In this document: positions 31,201 to 44,000 of the stretch, piece after piece | Numbering within the stretch: position 1 is the first letter of the stretch | Layout of the letters: every line of letters begins with the position of its first letter | Assembly (NCBI RefSeq): GCF_009834535.1 | Contig: NC_045711.1 | Coordinates: forward strand, 19,964,001 to 20,028,000 | From: Camelus ferus | Taxonomy: Eukaryota | Length of the DNA stretch: 64,000 nt | Reading direction: 5' to 3' | The notes under the pieces: generated by a model | The model's input: only the letters and a program-made list of their open reading frames with translations | Database searches by the model: none | What the model was told of the DNA's origin: nothing | Program-made: the position numbers and the translations under genes

Positions 31201-33223
31201 GGGAAACTGGGCGTCAGCCCGTCAGAGAGCAGGTGCAGTGTGTCCCCTCTGGAGAAGAGGGGCTACGAGGCTGAGGCTGCACCTGGACTTGCAGGGGCGG
31301 GGTGCTGACACCCCTGCAGCAAGCATGGCTCTGAGAGGTGAGGAGGTCCAGGCCCTGGGGGAGCACGAGGGTACCAAGGGGTGTCGGGAACATGGGTGAC
31401 GTTCTGGGGGTGTTGGGGACACTGTGGGGTACTTCAGGGTGCCATGAGGTGCTGGGGGGTGCCAGGAGTGCGGGTTAGTGGAAGGGCTGGGGCTGGGCCT
31501 GCTTCCCCTCCCAGGTTACCTGACCCCTCACTGCCTCGAGCACTTACAGAAAATGGGGGGCAGCACAGGGCAGCATGGGTGGCAGGGCAACGTGCCTAGG
31601 GGCACACAGGGCAGGGAGGGCGGGCTGGGATCAGCTGGTCTCCCCAAAGACCAGCACCCAGCAGGCCCCCCCCAAACCAGGAAGAAGACAGCCACTGCCC
31701 AGAGCAGCCAAACAGCCTCCACTGGGACCCAGGGGTCTTCCTACTTCTAAAACATCTGCACCAATATCCCAGTTTTAAATTAGGCCAACTCTCATCTTCG
31801 GTACACTATATCTCAGTTAAAAATGTGTTAAAGTGCGTTTGTGAGCACCTCTGGATATAGAATTAACCCTCTAGAACAACACCGAAGCACCTATTTCCAC
31901 ACAGGAAAAGAATTCCATCCCTTAATTCAAGTGCCTGACAGGGAACGAGCAAGGTGTCCTTCCAACTGCCCCCACACCCAGAACCATGGAGCAGGGTGCC
32001 CAGTGACCCCCCTAGCCATATTCCCAGGGTGAGCCCCCAAAAGTACAGGGCAGAGAACACCTGGGCTTCAGGCTGCCTCCGTCCTGAGGGCCTCACCTGT
32101 CACCTGTTCTTGTGCACTGGTTGAGCACCAGCTGTGTGCTCAGCCAGCTCTGACGGGTTCCAAGGCCAGCAGTGACATCCCAGCCTGGACGAGCCATCGG
32201 GGCCAGCCACGGAGGTTCCAGGGCCAGCTCAAACTCTGACCCAAACCCCTTCCCGGTAGGTGGGGCTTATCATTTTGAGGGATCTGGGTTCTGAAATCAG
32301 ATCTTCAGCAGTTTTCTGTGCTAAAAGAGCAGGGTGCTGGACCAAGACCAACCCACTGTCCATCCTGGATGCGGGTGGGCAGCAGGGGGAGTGGGAGGGG
32401 TCCCTCTGGCCCACAGCCAGCATCCCCACTGCCACACCTCAAAGGGGCCTGGCCCCCAGAGCCCCAGGGACCTCCTTGGAGTCACCCCCCAGGGCCAAGG
32501 GGGTGCCACCCTCAGCACCTGGGGCACACACACTATGGACTTCTCCTTCTGTACAGTGTTACTATTTTTCCGTGTGTATCTAACAGCAATGTTTTAGGCA
32601 GATCGGGAAAACCAGGTCCAACACAGCCTGGCCTGTGAGCAGGAGCCTGGCCCTTGGGGTCCACAAGGGTCCTTCCTGCCTCTTCCCAACTGCGAGAAGG
32701 CCCAGGCCTTGGGGAATGGAGCCCAGCCGGGCCCCAAGGCTCACTGCCGCCATGCCTGATGGCTAGAGAAATTAAAACAGACGCCAAACTCCTGTGCATC
32801 CGGGCAAAAGGACGGAAATTAACTCTACAGCAGGTGGAACGCCAGGACCCAGCAGAAAATGCTCGAGCCTGCTCGCGCTGGTGGTGACAGCTCTGCCAGG
32901 CCGCAGGCTGACCCGGGGCGATGACGCCAGGCCTCGATCTGGACTGGACTACAGCGCCCCCTCCCCTGCGCCCCGGGGCCCCCTCGCCCCTCCTTTCCCT
33001 CTCCCCACCAGCTCCAGGGCCCCCGATGGGGGGGGGGGGCTCGGGCCGCTGGGAGAGGTTGGGATGAAGTGGGGGCACTCACCTGCGCCCTGCGGTTGAC
33101 CTTGACGAACACGGGGCCCGCATCTGTGTCGTAGGCGCGCCCCTCGCTGATGCAGCCGGCCCCAGGGCTCGAGAAGGCCCGCAGGGTCGCGGTGCGCAGC
33201 TCGGCGCGCAGCAGCTGCTCCAT
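24951..33223 (-). CDS. FN3K: Fructosamine-3-kinase, complete (6 exons, 930 nt, 309 aa)
   Basis: join(33083-33223, 30939-31090, 30101-30192, 29649-29731, 26106-26228, 24951-25289). Begins [17 protein letters not shown], contains [20 protein letters not shown] and DPASFYGH, and ends GTMRKLLK*. All introns are GT-AG. Confidence 0.98.
26106..26228 (-). CDS. FN3K: FN3K exon 5 (123 nt)
   Basis: [41 protein letters not shown]. Confidence 0.96.
26385..26472 (+). mobile_element. Short younger L1 3' end
   Basis: gaatttgacacaacattgtaaaatgactgtagctcaataaaaaaa; corresponds to the 3' end of the L1 at 59560. Confidence 0.65.
26520..27600 (+). mobile_element. Old L1M fragments in FN3K intron 4
   Basis: ORF2 start-like aatgcgaatggtctaaacaccccagttaaa; L1 3'-end motifs (gccaagtgtggtgaggacgtggag, gtgctgagtgaaagccaaac). 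Confidence 0.75.
29040..29285 (+). mobile_element. L1M 3'-end fragment
   Basis: tattgtgtgactccactgacatgaaatgtccagagtaagc..cactgaaccgtacactttaaaatagtga motif. Confidence 0.75.
29649..29731 (-). CDS. FN3K: FN3K exon 4 (83 nt)
   Basis: [27 protein letters not shown]. Confidence 0.96.
30101..30192 (-). CDS. FN3K: FN3K exon 3 (92 nt)
   Basis: [30 protein letters not shown]. Confidence 0.96.
30939..31090 (-). CDS. FN3K: FN3K exon 2 (152 nt)
   Basis: [50 protein letters not shown]. Confidence 0.96.
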
Positions 33224-33500
33224 GGGGACGGGGCGGGATGGGGGACGGGGACGCAGTGACGCGGGGGACCGGGGTCCGTGCAGACAGCGGCCCAGAGAGC
33301 GAGCGCGCCGCTGCCAAGGCCGCTGTCAGCGGGTCCGCGGGCTTCCAGCGCCCCAGGCTCCCAGCGCTCCGGGCTGGTCCGCCTCCCAGGGGTGGGTCGG
33401 GCAGTGCAGTTAGGAGAGCGATCTCCGCCCACGATCTCCGCCCACCGGTGGGCCAGGCGGTGTGCAGACCCAGCCCTGAGGGACGTTGAGAGGGAGGAGC
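32850..33500. promoter_or_regulatory. CpG island / promoter of FN3K
   Basis: CpG-rich over exon 1; GC boxes, including a duplicated cgatctccgccca at 33419-33444. Confidence 0.75.
33083..33223 (-). CDS. FN3K: FN3K exon 1 (141 nt coding)
   Basis: [25 protein letters not shown] donor. Confidence 0.96.
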
Positions 33501-36500
33501 TCTCTGATGGGCGGTGCCCTCCCCTGTGTCCACAGCCAGTGCACCTGGACCTGCAGGGGGCTGCCCAGGGCTATGCAGGGCCTGACCTCCCTGCACGTGA
33601 ACCCTCCCTGGGCATTGGCCCAGACCCCTCCCTCCGGCAGGACACAGGGCAGTGCAGGGGAGAGATGGCGTCCTGGGATGCTGGTCACAGGCCAGCTGGG
33701 TCTCTCATGGTCCACAGAAGGCTGGGGGTCATGACCACATCCTGCCAGGCCCCAGGCATTGCCTGGTGACACCTGTCAGGGTGCCTGGTGCCCACTCGAG
33801 ATAGAAGCTGCTCCCAGGGTGCTGATACCAGGCACTGACCACACCCTGAGTGGGACTCCTGATTACAGAGACCGGCCATCTGGGAAGGGAGCGTGGAAGC
33901 ACACATGTGTGCACGGGGGGGGGGCAGGTGGGCGGGAGACCAGGTGACATCTGCAGGAAGTCCCCCACAGCTCTTTCTCTCGGTCAGTTGGTCGCTCGGT
34001 CGGTTGGGTGAAGCCCACCCTCCTGGGCATCTTGAGGAAGGGCTGGCGACAGGTGAACCTGAGGTCTTGCGCTTCCTCCAGCATCTTTATTCTCCAAGGC
34101 AGTCGTCAGGCTGTGGGATTCGGGCTGCTGTCACCGCAAAGCATCTGCTGCCTCCCTTTCCAGCCCCTTTGCTGCTGACAAGTTGGAAGCCATTTTGATT
34201 CTTATTCTTTGCGTGGAAACTGTTCTCTCAAGGATTCTTGGCTCCTCTCCTTGTCACCAGTACCTGACAATTCCCCAGGGAGGTGCCCGGGGTGAGTCTC
34301 CTGCCACCCCCTGGGTAAGATGGGGCTGTCTCAGGATGGAAGCTTGGGTCCACCAGCCCTGGGCGCGGCCTTCAGCTTCTGCTCTATGATTCCATCCTGT
34401 CTTCTCCATTCTCTTAGATCTCAGATCTGGTCTAAACACAGCCCCAAAGCTGCCGGGGTCAGGTGCCCATGAGCTCCGCCCTCCTGCCCTCCCCAGGCAC
34501 CCTGGGGGAGATGCTGGTCTTGACTGAGTCCCCTTCTGGGCTGCGGCCTCGTTTTGCCCAAGCAGGGTCTGACCCAGGTGGGCAGCAGCCAGGCAGGAGC
34601 ACCATCCTACTGGTCCCGAACCCAGGCACTTGGGGCTGCGCCCCAGCCTCCAGCTCCCATCTGAGCAGCTCTGGGCCCAAGGGCAGAACCGTCAGCATGA
34701 AGACATGTGCCTAGAAGAGCACTGTGACTTCACACACCGGCCCCGCCCTCCTCCCAAACCTGCATTTGAGTTGGTTTGTGCTCAACGGGGAGATGGGACC
34801 CAGGCACAGGCATCCAAGCAGCCCCACGAGCTGTGCACCCCTCCCCACTGCGGCCAGTCCCCTGCTCTCCGGGTTCTCCCCGCGGCCCCAGCTGGAACCC
34901 ACACTCAGGGAGCTGTGACTTCTTAGGAAACGTATCTGGGGTATGGCTCGAGGTGGGACCGGCTGAGGCACCGGGGTCGCTGTGCAGAGCAGTGACTGTC
35001 CTGCTCACTCAGACCCCTTGCTGTGAGTCCTGAGTCCAGTGACACTGTGGAGAACACAGCCCACAGCCCAATGTGTACCATCACTCCGTAGGGGGGAGGC
35101 GAGGGGGCTGTAACGCTGCACAGAAAAGGGGCACCAGGAGGGCGGCCAAGGGCACAGCCCCAGGGAACACGACAGCCCTTCTGAAATCAGGCAGCTGGGG
35201 TACGGGCTAGGGCCTGAGGCCTGGCTGCAGGCCAGGTGTCACCACTAGTCCCTCATCCTGGCCTCCACTGGGTCCATGCCCCTCACACGGATGGCTGCTC
35301 TGGGGGGCGGAATTCTGCCACCTGCAGGATTCAGACTTCCCCGCCCACTACAGTCCCCACCACTCTGATCACTGCTTCTGAACAGTTTCTGGGTGTCCAC
35401 ATACATCTGTCCAAGAGGAGACCCCGCAGGGAGGCAAGGTCTCACACAGAGGCTTTTGGAAACAATTTCAACCGGGAGACGATGGGGCGGAGAGAGGAAG
35501 CCCCCTCCCCACCCACCGCCAAGTGGGAGACAGGCTCCAGCCATGCTGAGTGGCTCAGCCAGGCCAGGCTCCTGCTGGAAGCTCACCTCCCACAACCCGC
35601 GGTGCCGTGACCGCCTCACCTCATAAATGAGGGATTCAAAGCACAGGTGTCATATCTGAGACTCCACACCGTGGTCCTCCGGCTGCAAGGGCAGCACTTT
35701 CCCGGTACACCAGGGGTGGAGACTTCTAAGAGGGGTTTCCTAGGTCCTGACCCCTCAGCCGGGGTGCATCAGACACACAGGCCTTGTGTGACATAAACGT
35801 GTTCCTTCTGTGGGAAGGTTGATGCCCTGACAGCAGTGGATAACGGATCACGAGACATCTTGTGAAAGTCACGGTCCAGAAACTGGCGGTCTAGTGAGCG
35901 GGATTTGGGGAAGTCACAGGCAGCGGGGTCACAATGTCGGATCCCCAGGCACAGGCCCCTCCACCCACCCACCGTGACTTCTCGGCCCGGGGCCCAGTAG
36001 GGGGAAACGGGCCTTGGCAACTTTTTCCCTAAGGTCCCTGGGCCAGGGGAGGGGAGGGTTCCTCCCCACACCCCGCTAGCCCACGCTGGGCCCGATCCAG
36101 CACCGGAATTTGCTTGCAAGTTTCACCACAGGCGCCCTGCCGGGCCGGCCCCAAGGAGCACCAGCAGTCCCGGAGCACATTTAGAAATTTTCCCCAACTG
36201 AAGCGTTCTTCTTGCATCATCTTTGGTCAAATATCCTTTGTGCAGAGAAGTTTTATTTACTTTTCCATGCCACTACCGCTGCCACTGCAATGAAGAAACA
36301 TCAGTAAATGAGAGTCATAAAATCTTGGGACCACCAAGTTGTAAAGATGTATGTTTTCACTTGACAGTGAAACCACAGGTAGACTGTCTAGTTAGGGTGA
36401 GAAGAGTACATTGATAGCTTGTATTTGTTTTTAAAATTAAATTAATCCTGGATAAGAGTTGCAGGCCTGTTACTCTCCATGACTAACTGTGTAAGTGCTT

Positions 36501-37092
36501 ATTATGGAATAAATCGCTTTTCTACATTAAAAAAGTGAGAATAATTTTAAAAAGGTAGGAATTAAAATGATTTTTTTAAATGTCATAGTCCTCTCTTCCT
36601 CCCTACAAAAGCCAGAACTCTGAAGGCACCAGCTCCGCTTCTGAATCCCACTGAGGGGCTCTGACCTGCAAACAGAAACAGGGAGAAACGAATGCAGGCT
36701 CCCAGGCCCGCCCCGCTGAGACACTGTGTCCCCTCTGACACTGGCGTTCTCCAAGCCTTAAGCCAGAACCAAAGGTGGCCACCAATCTGCTTCTTCCCTG
36801 AAGCGGAACTCCACAGTCGCTTTCAACCTCCGTTCCTGCTGACCAGATCTCACGGCGACAGGACAGCAGTTCGACTGGACCCGAGTCAGGCAGCAGCAAG
36901 TCCTCAGGCCACCGCTGCGCTGACCCTGAAGACCCCCGCCAGTCTCTGTTGAATAAGGCCTAGAAAAGCAGCTGAACCCATGTGTCATCACAACATGTTA
37001 CAAAGGTTTCTTGGCAAACAGCTAAGATACACATTGAATTATGATTTAAATGAGGGAAATACAGTCTCATGAATCACTGAAACCACTAAAAA

Positions 37093-37098
37093 TTTATT
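37093..37098 (-). terminator. Candidate FN3KRP polyadenylation signal AATAAA
   Basis: tttatt about 630 nt downstream of the stop codon; an alternative lies at 36252-36257. Confidence 0.45.
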
Positions 37099-37724
37099 CA
37101 AATGTTTATGCAAAAGGATTTATAAGCATCACTGCCATTCATGGATACGTCTCACTACCACAAGACCGGCGGCAGGAAACACGCTGGCTTAGCGCTGGTT
37201 TCTAAGATGACAATTCACAAGCTTTAGAGGTCACCCGCGAAAGGCTGCTGACAGCTCCTAAACTTATCAGGGACACCCTGAGGCTAGCGGTTTGGTCCCT
37301 CCCAGAACCCAAAGGAAAGGGAATGTGCCCGGGACTGGTCCTCTCAAGGCTCCCATGGCTTCCCGTCCAGGCCTGTGTCTGCCCCATCGAGAAGCCAGAA
37401 CAGCAGTCCCTCCCGGATAGGAGACACGCCCCCCGACCCCCGCCTGCGGGGCAGTTGCGTGGGGGTCGGGCCCATGCTCCACGGGTCCCTGTGTTCACGC
37501 CAAAGTTCTAGGGCAGTTTTATACAGCTATGAAGCCTGTTGAAATGCACCTTTTGGGGACAAGACCCTTCTGGGCTGCTCTGTGCTCCACAAGACCTGGA
37601 ACGTGGTCTGAAGCTCCCTAGGGGTGAGGAGAGGGCAGGTCCCCGGCAGAGGCTGCACGGGAGCGCGAGGCCAGCACAGGAATCTCGTGGGACCCGGGAC
37701 GGGGCCTCCCTCAAGGGACACAGC

Positions 37725-38063
37725 TCATCGGACAAGATCCCTCATGATGCTGAGGGAGGAGCCTCGGTACCCTGACCCGAAGTGGTTCCAGTGGTTCAGG
37801 TGGTGAAACAGCTGGTACAGCTGGAGGCGCTGCTGGAAGCCAGGGGCCCGGGGGATTTGGCGGTGGTAGGCGGAGTAGAAGTTGCTGCTGAAGCCCCCAA
37901 ACATGCCAGCAATGGCCAGCTCGTACTCTGAGTGGCCGTAGAAAGAGGCCGGGTCAAAAATGATGGGTCCCGAGGCATCCTCTGCCACGTTTCCTCCCCA
38001 GAGGTCTCCGTGGAGCAGGGCTGGGACAATGTCCAGGTCACGGAACAGGTCGGGGATCTTGAG
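37725..38063 (-). CDS. FN3KRP: FN3KRP exon 6 (339 nt coding)
   Basis: [54 protein letters not shown]. Confidence 0.97.
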   Translation of the reverse strand, partial: LKIPDLFRDLDIVPALLHGDLWGGNVAEDASGPIIFDPASFYGHSEYELAIAGMFGGFSSNFYSAYHRQIPRAPGFQQRLQLYQLFHHLNHWNHFGSGYRGSSLSIMRDLVR

Positions 38064-41000
38064 CTGTGGGGGAAACACAGCCTCAGCAAAGTGACCAGCA
38101 GTGTGGGGGACACAGGGGCTTTTCCAAGTGCGGCTGCCCGATCCGAGCAGTGTCTGGAGCACAGGTGCCCATGACGCACGTGGCCCAGCTGGGCAGAGGG
38201 ATGCCTCCTGTCCAGACTCAGACCCGTCCAGGCTGCACCGACCTTGACACCACCCCGGTGGGGCCAGGGCACGTGCGTGCGGGCACCGGCGCACACTCAC
38301 CTGCAGAGCAGACCAGAGCTCACGGGCCTCCCTGTCCCCAGACCCCCGCTCCAGCATGTCTATCTGGGGCTGGATGCGCTGCCGGGCGTAGAACGTGACC
38401 CAGTCCTGCTGCCAGTCGTTCACCTGTGCGGGCAACACGGAGCTCAGAGGAAACCACCAGAGCTGAAGGAGGTGCCCGGGGAAAGGTTAGCCATCGGAGA
38501 CGCCACTGCAGGGACATGTGAGGAGTGGAGCTGGCCGAGCAGCCTGGTCTCAAGGACGTGCCGGGACCTCAGATCCCACCCCAAGAGCAGCAGGGTCCAC
38601 TATGAAGAGCCCAGGGACATTTTCTCTCAATCCAGTCACTCAGACACAGAGCCAGGACAGGCAACCCTCCCTGACCCCATGGCTCATTTCTGACCATCCA
38701 GCCTCCACAGAGGACCCTCCTCCTTGGGCCCTCTGAGCACCGCCCTCCCAGGGAGGGAGGAGGGGAGGGCTACCACAAGAGAGGACGGCTGGCCTCAGGT
38801 GCTGACATCCAGAAGGGAGACGAGACAAGCGCACACAAGAGTAGCACCACACAGGCCACAGCGTGACTCTCACCACACATAAACACACGAGCAGTGACCC
38901 CAGAGCAGCAGGACCAGGAATCCCAACTCTCAGCCACTCACTGCCCCAAGCAGGGCCCCAGACAACCTCCTGCAACATATCAAAATCTGAACGGTATCTC
39001 CCCACCCGGTAGATTACTCACTGCCCCCACCTGAGAAGCCACCAGCCTGTCCACGTGGGCGAGTACAGCTCCCCAGGCTGAAACCCCCAGGGAAGCCAAC
39101 CACAGAATCATAAAACTCAAAGTCACAGTCCCTTTTCACTGTGCTACCTCTGAGAGTTTCCTATTTAAAATAAAACATTGTCTAACCTTCTATTTTCACC
39201 CACCTTGAAATCCAGCACCCTAACCTGCCGGTCCTTCTCTGCTCTTCTGAGTTTACCCAGCACAGGAGGCGGGTGCGCCTCATGTCAGCCTCTTAAAATC
39301 AGCAAAGGGAAAAAAGGAGCAAAGCCTTTTACTGAATTTCACGGAAAAGGAGGATGGTGTGCTTTCTCTGGCTGTTTCCGAACAGCTGGCCTGACTGGGA
39401 AATGGAGGCAAATGCCGGTGTCACTCACCTGGGGGAGGTATCCGCAGCATGTCACCACATCGAACCCAAACTGGTCCACAAATGGCCGCTCCACCCGCTC
39501 AGCTCCCTTCCCTTGCAAGTGAAAGGAAACGAGAAAGGTGACCGTCCCGTGCTCCCACAGGCCCGCTCTTGGAGCTCAGAGTAGCTTTGGGGCCTGACCC
39601 CAGGGTGCCCTTTCCCACCAGGCGTCCCCACCCAGAGACAAACAAGGGCCCTGACCTCTACCGACCCTCAGGCCCTGGGAACAGAACCTGTCCCTTCAGA
39701 CTGAACAGTCCAGACACCCACTCCTTCCCCGGAGAGGCATCAGCGGACGCTCAGAGGAGCCACAACACTGTCCAGAAAAGAGGGGAAATCCACTGGTGAC
39801 CCACCAGGAAAGGACGGCTCTCAGTGGCCGGTCCCGCACCTGCCGCCTGTGGGAGACAGACTGCTGGGCTGGCGCGTGGTCTCATCCTCTGCAGCTCCCC
39901 AAGCTCGGAGCGCAGCCCGAAGGACTGGTCCGTAGGGCTCGGGATGGACAAGGCCTGCCTGTCTGTCTAGCACAGCCGATCCTTGGTCACCTGTTCCCAG
40001 TGCGCCAGCTACTCTGGCCAGCAGAGCGGCCACACGGGCTACACGTGGATTATCAAATGTCAAGGACCCAGACGACACCCTCAGTGCTAGCACCACAGTA
40101 AACTCTGAAAAGGTCGGACAGGAGGGCTCCCCTGCCGAGCCTCACGCCTGACTGTTCTCAGAAGAGAAGGCATGGAAAGCCGGGGGAACTTTGGCAGGCT
40201 TGCTTCTGAGCGACAGGTCAAAGGAACCGTAATGCGCCAGGGCCTCGAGTTAAGGAAATGTCTCGTCTTTCACCTGCACTTTCAGCACAGGGCCTAACTG
40301 CGCTCACTGCGCCCCAAACACGTAGTGGGGGGACACGCCTTTCCTCGGGAAGCAACACAGGTATGACGGCCCACGGCGGCAGCCAAGGCCCACCCGCACA
40401 CCCAGCCTGGCCAGACGTCCTCCGGGAGGTCATCAGGCCCCGGGCCATACCCACTGTGCCGGCCTCCTTGTGGAGGGCCTCCCCACGCCTCCTGTTCTCC
40501 AGGTGCAGGTCCGCCAGCTGGGCTCCAAGCGTGGCAGCGTGACTGTGGGACCAAAGGCAGCCACTCAGCGCGTGACACAAACAGGGACACCCTCCATCTG
40601 GAAGGTCATGGGCACACCAAGTGGTGAGGCACTGGGGACATGAGTTTGTCCTGGTGAAGCCAGGGGGAGACGGAGGGCCCCATCTGAGCCAGTAGCCGGG
40701 TGCCAGTCATGTCTCACCTGGAGGGCCCTTTCCTGTTTGTCTTTGGCTCGATCACGTCTCTCAAAATTATACCCCCAAATACAAGCTCTCCACTGGGGAA
40801 AACAGAGCCCCCAGGGAGGCGCCAAGACGCACCTACTGAGGCTCTGCATGTCCAGATGCTCCATCACCAGCACGCTGCCGCCCCCCGGGGCCTCCAGGAC
40901 CTTGATGGGCTTGGGCACCCTCACTGTGCCCGTCTCCAGGATGGCAGTCAGACTCGCCATCTCCCCCTCAAACATTCTTCTGGCCTGTCAGAGAAATAAC

Positions 41001-44000
41001 AGAGGACAGAGAACAAGGTCTCTTTCAGAAAAGTCCTCTCGGCATCGCAACTGTAAATCAAGGCTTCCCGGCTTCAGACTCACTGGGCACGGACGGCTTG
41101 TCTGCCTTCAGCAGCACAGACTCTCGTTCTGAAGCTGTATGGGAACTAGAGGCATCGTACTGTTCAGTAGTGTATGTTTCTAAGCTATCACTGGTTCCGG
41201 TCTCCTCAGAGGGAGGAGAGTGTGCTGGCTCAGAGCTGGACTGTTTCTGGGTCGCCCTCAGACAGCACCTCCACCACAGTGCTGTCCCACCTGGGCCCTC
41301 ACCTGCCAGGAACCTGGAGTCACTTCTCACCCAAATGGACCACCAAGTCCCATGGCATGTCCTGGATGGACCCAACTGGAGCCACCTCACCTCGACCACA
41401 TTCTCAGTTTCTAGTCCACAAGTCCTTGTTCCCCTGCATGGGAGCAACCATTCTCCACCTGGTCTCTGCTTGACATACCCGAGTGATGCTTTTGGAAGGC
41501 AAATTCCACCATGCAACACACCCGAGCTGGCGTCCCTGCCCACTTCCCCGTGTAACCGCCCCACAGGTTCTGGTTCCAGCCCACTTTCCTCTGCTGTCTG
41601 GGCCTCCTGGGCCCCTCCCCAACACTGACAGAGGCACACACGCCCTAAGAGTTCCCCTTCATTCCCCAAAGACCCCCTGCCTGCTCCCACCTAGCCGCCT
41701 TCACATGCCATGTCGCCTCCGCTTAGAACACTCTTCCTCCTTTTGCCAAGTCAGCCCCTGCCCAGTCGGGCTTCAGATTCCAATTTAACATCAGCTTTGA
41801 TTTCTCAGAGAAATCTTCCCTAACTCACCAAGCTAGGTAATTCCTCCTTTTAAAATATTTTTTTTTCAAATAAAAATGCTACAGAAGTACATGAAAAAAA
41901 ACCCGCACAACTAAGCAGCATCCAGAATTCCAGTTCTCCCACAGTCAGCACGCCCACAGGACTGCCACCCAGATTAGGACCGCCACCACTGCCCGGAGGA
42001 TCCCCAGCCCCCCCAGGCGCTGCCGGCGCCCCCAACGGCGGGGCTATCTGTCTGCTCATCATTGGCACGGAGGCAGATGGCCAGGCCTGCCTGGTCCACG
42101 CCACACCAGCAGTCAGTGCTTCTCACCGCTCCCCGGAGCCCCACTGTGTGAACATCCCAACCAAATCCATCCAGTCGGCTGGGCCTCCAGTTTGGGGTCA
42201 CTACAAACAGTGCTGCCACGGGCGTTCTACATCACAGTTACTAACCCTGTAACCCTGGCTTCCTCACCTGTAAGATGGGTTAGCAGTAGTACCTGTCTCA
42301 CAGGCTGGCCGCCATAATTAACTCAGCTAGCAGCTAACACCTACACAGTCGTTCTGAACACTCCACAGGTATTATTACTACACAACCCTGGAGAGCTAGA
42401 GTTGCTGAGAAACAAGATGTCTTTTCTTTTTTTTTTTTAAATGTAGGTACTGGGGATTGAACTGAGGACCTCATGCATGCTAAGTATACGCTCTACCACT
42501 GAGCTATACCCTCCCTCCAAGAACTGTGTCTTAAGGAGAATTTTCAGAGCATTCTCTTTAGAAGACAAAGAAACACAACTGGGCCCTGGCTGTACTTTGT
42601 ACTAAAGCACTGGTTGAGCAGCGTAAAGTAAGGGACAGAATTTTTTAAACTTTTTAATTCAAAAAAAAGAACATGTGGGGAGAGGTGAAGGAGGATCTGT
42701 GCACCCAGGTAGAGGCAAGGCTCCCTCACGGTGATGTGCACAGGTCCAGAGCATCTAACTAGACCCAAGAACACTGCTCCTCAGTCGTCACCATCACTGG
42801 GGGTGCAGGCTGCAAAAGATCCAGACCCTGAGGGAGGAATGTGTGAGAAAACACAGCCTGCAAAGGAAAGATGAGTGAAATCAGGAGGAAAAACAATGCA
42901 GATCAGGCCACTGAAGCAGAGAGTGAGGTAGAAACAGAAGACCAGGTGGTTCTCTTACAAGTGGGGAAGGGGACGTTCTCGCCTCCTAGGAAGTAAAGCA
43001 GGAAGAGTCCTATCTTCCCTATGACTGGCAAATGTTTATGCCGTGGCTGGTGCATCTGCACAACTCACACAGCATGTTTCAGAGCCAACTAGAAAAAGAC
43101 ATGGTTGAAACTGTCTACCAGAGGAGTAGAAGGAACTTCTGTGATGATTAACAAAAAGGAAATGGACTTTGGTGACAAAATAAAAAGCAAGAACCCGAGG
43201 GAACAGCAGCAGAAGAACAATGTTTAAAAGGCATCACTGAGTAGTTCCATTTAATCATTAGAAAATATCTGCTTCCCTATAATCTACACCAAGTTTTTAC
43301 TATTACAAATGCTGATCAGAGTGGAAACACAAACATGAAAGGGACTAACGCCACAAAGAGGAAAAGAATCCAGAGGAGGACTGCGGTGGGAAGGAAGGAA
43401 GGAAGGAAGGAAGGACGCCACCACTGCATTAGCACTGCTGGGGGAAGTTGGTTTAAAGAGTGACTTCAAGGACCACTAGCTGCCACATTCCTACAGAGGG
43501 ACGTGCAGGGTGACACAGCAGCCCATTTCTGTAGAACAAAGGTTGAAGGTTGGTCCTGAGAGAACAGTAGGGTTTCAGAAAGAGATCATCCCACACCACA
43601 GAAGGTGGAATTCATTTCTGGGAAGGAAATGAAAATACCTGCAAGAGGATTTCCAAAAAGGAGACAAGAGCACCGAGCACCGAGGCCATCCTGGGCCTCC
43701 CAGCTGACAGTCCGGAGTGAGCCACCAGAACTGGATGAAGAAGTGACATCAACACCCAGGAGTAGGCATTTCAGCAGGGAGGCTCACCCAAGTTCTACAG
43801 GAGCCCTTGAGAAAACGTTTAGATACAGAAGGGGGGCGTGGCTGACACCCACGCAGTGTGTTGCCCCCCCCCCCAATCATTCGGTGAAACCTAACCCCCA
43901 CAGCCACAATGTTCGGAGGCTGGGCCTTAGGAGGTGACTGGGCCGTAGGGGTGGAGCCCTCATGTGGGGATTAGAGCCCCGTGCGACCTCAGAGAGCTCT

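Noticed and set aside
41098-41628. 176-aa ORF in FN3KRP intron 1
   Set aside because: No recognisable protein family. The WHVLD-like stretch suggests a decayed L2 relic, and there is no support for a gene.
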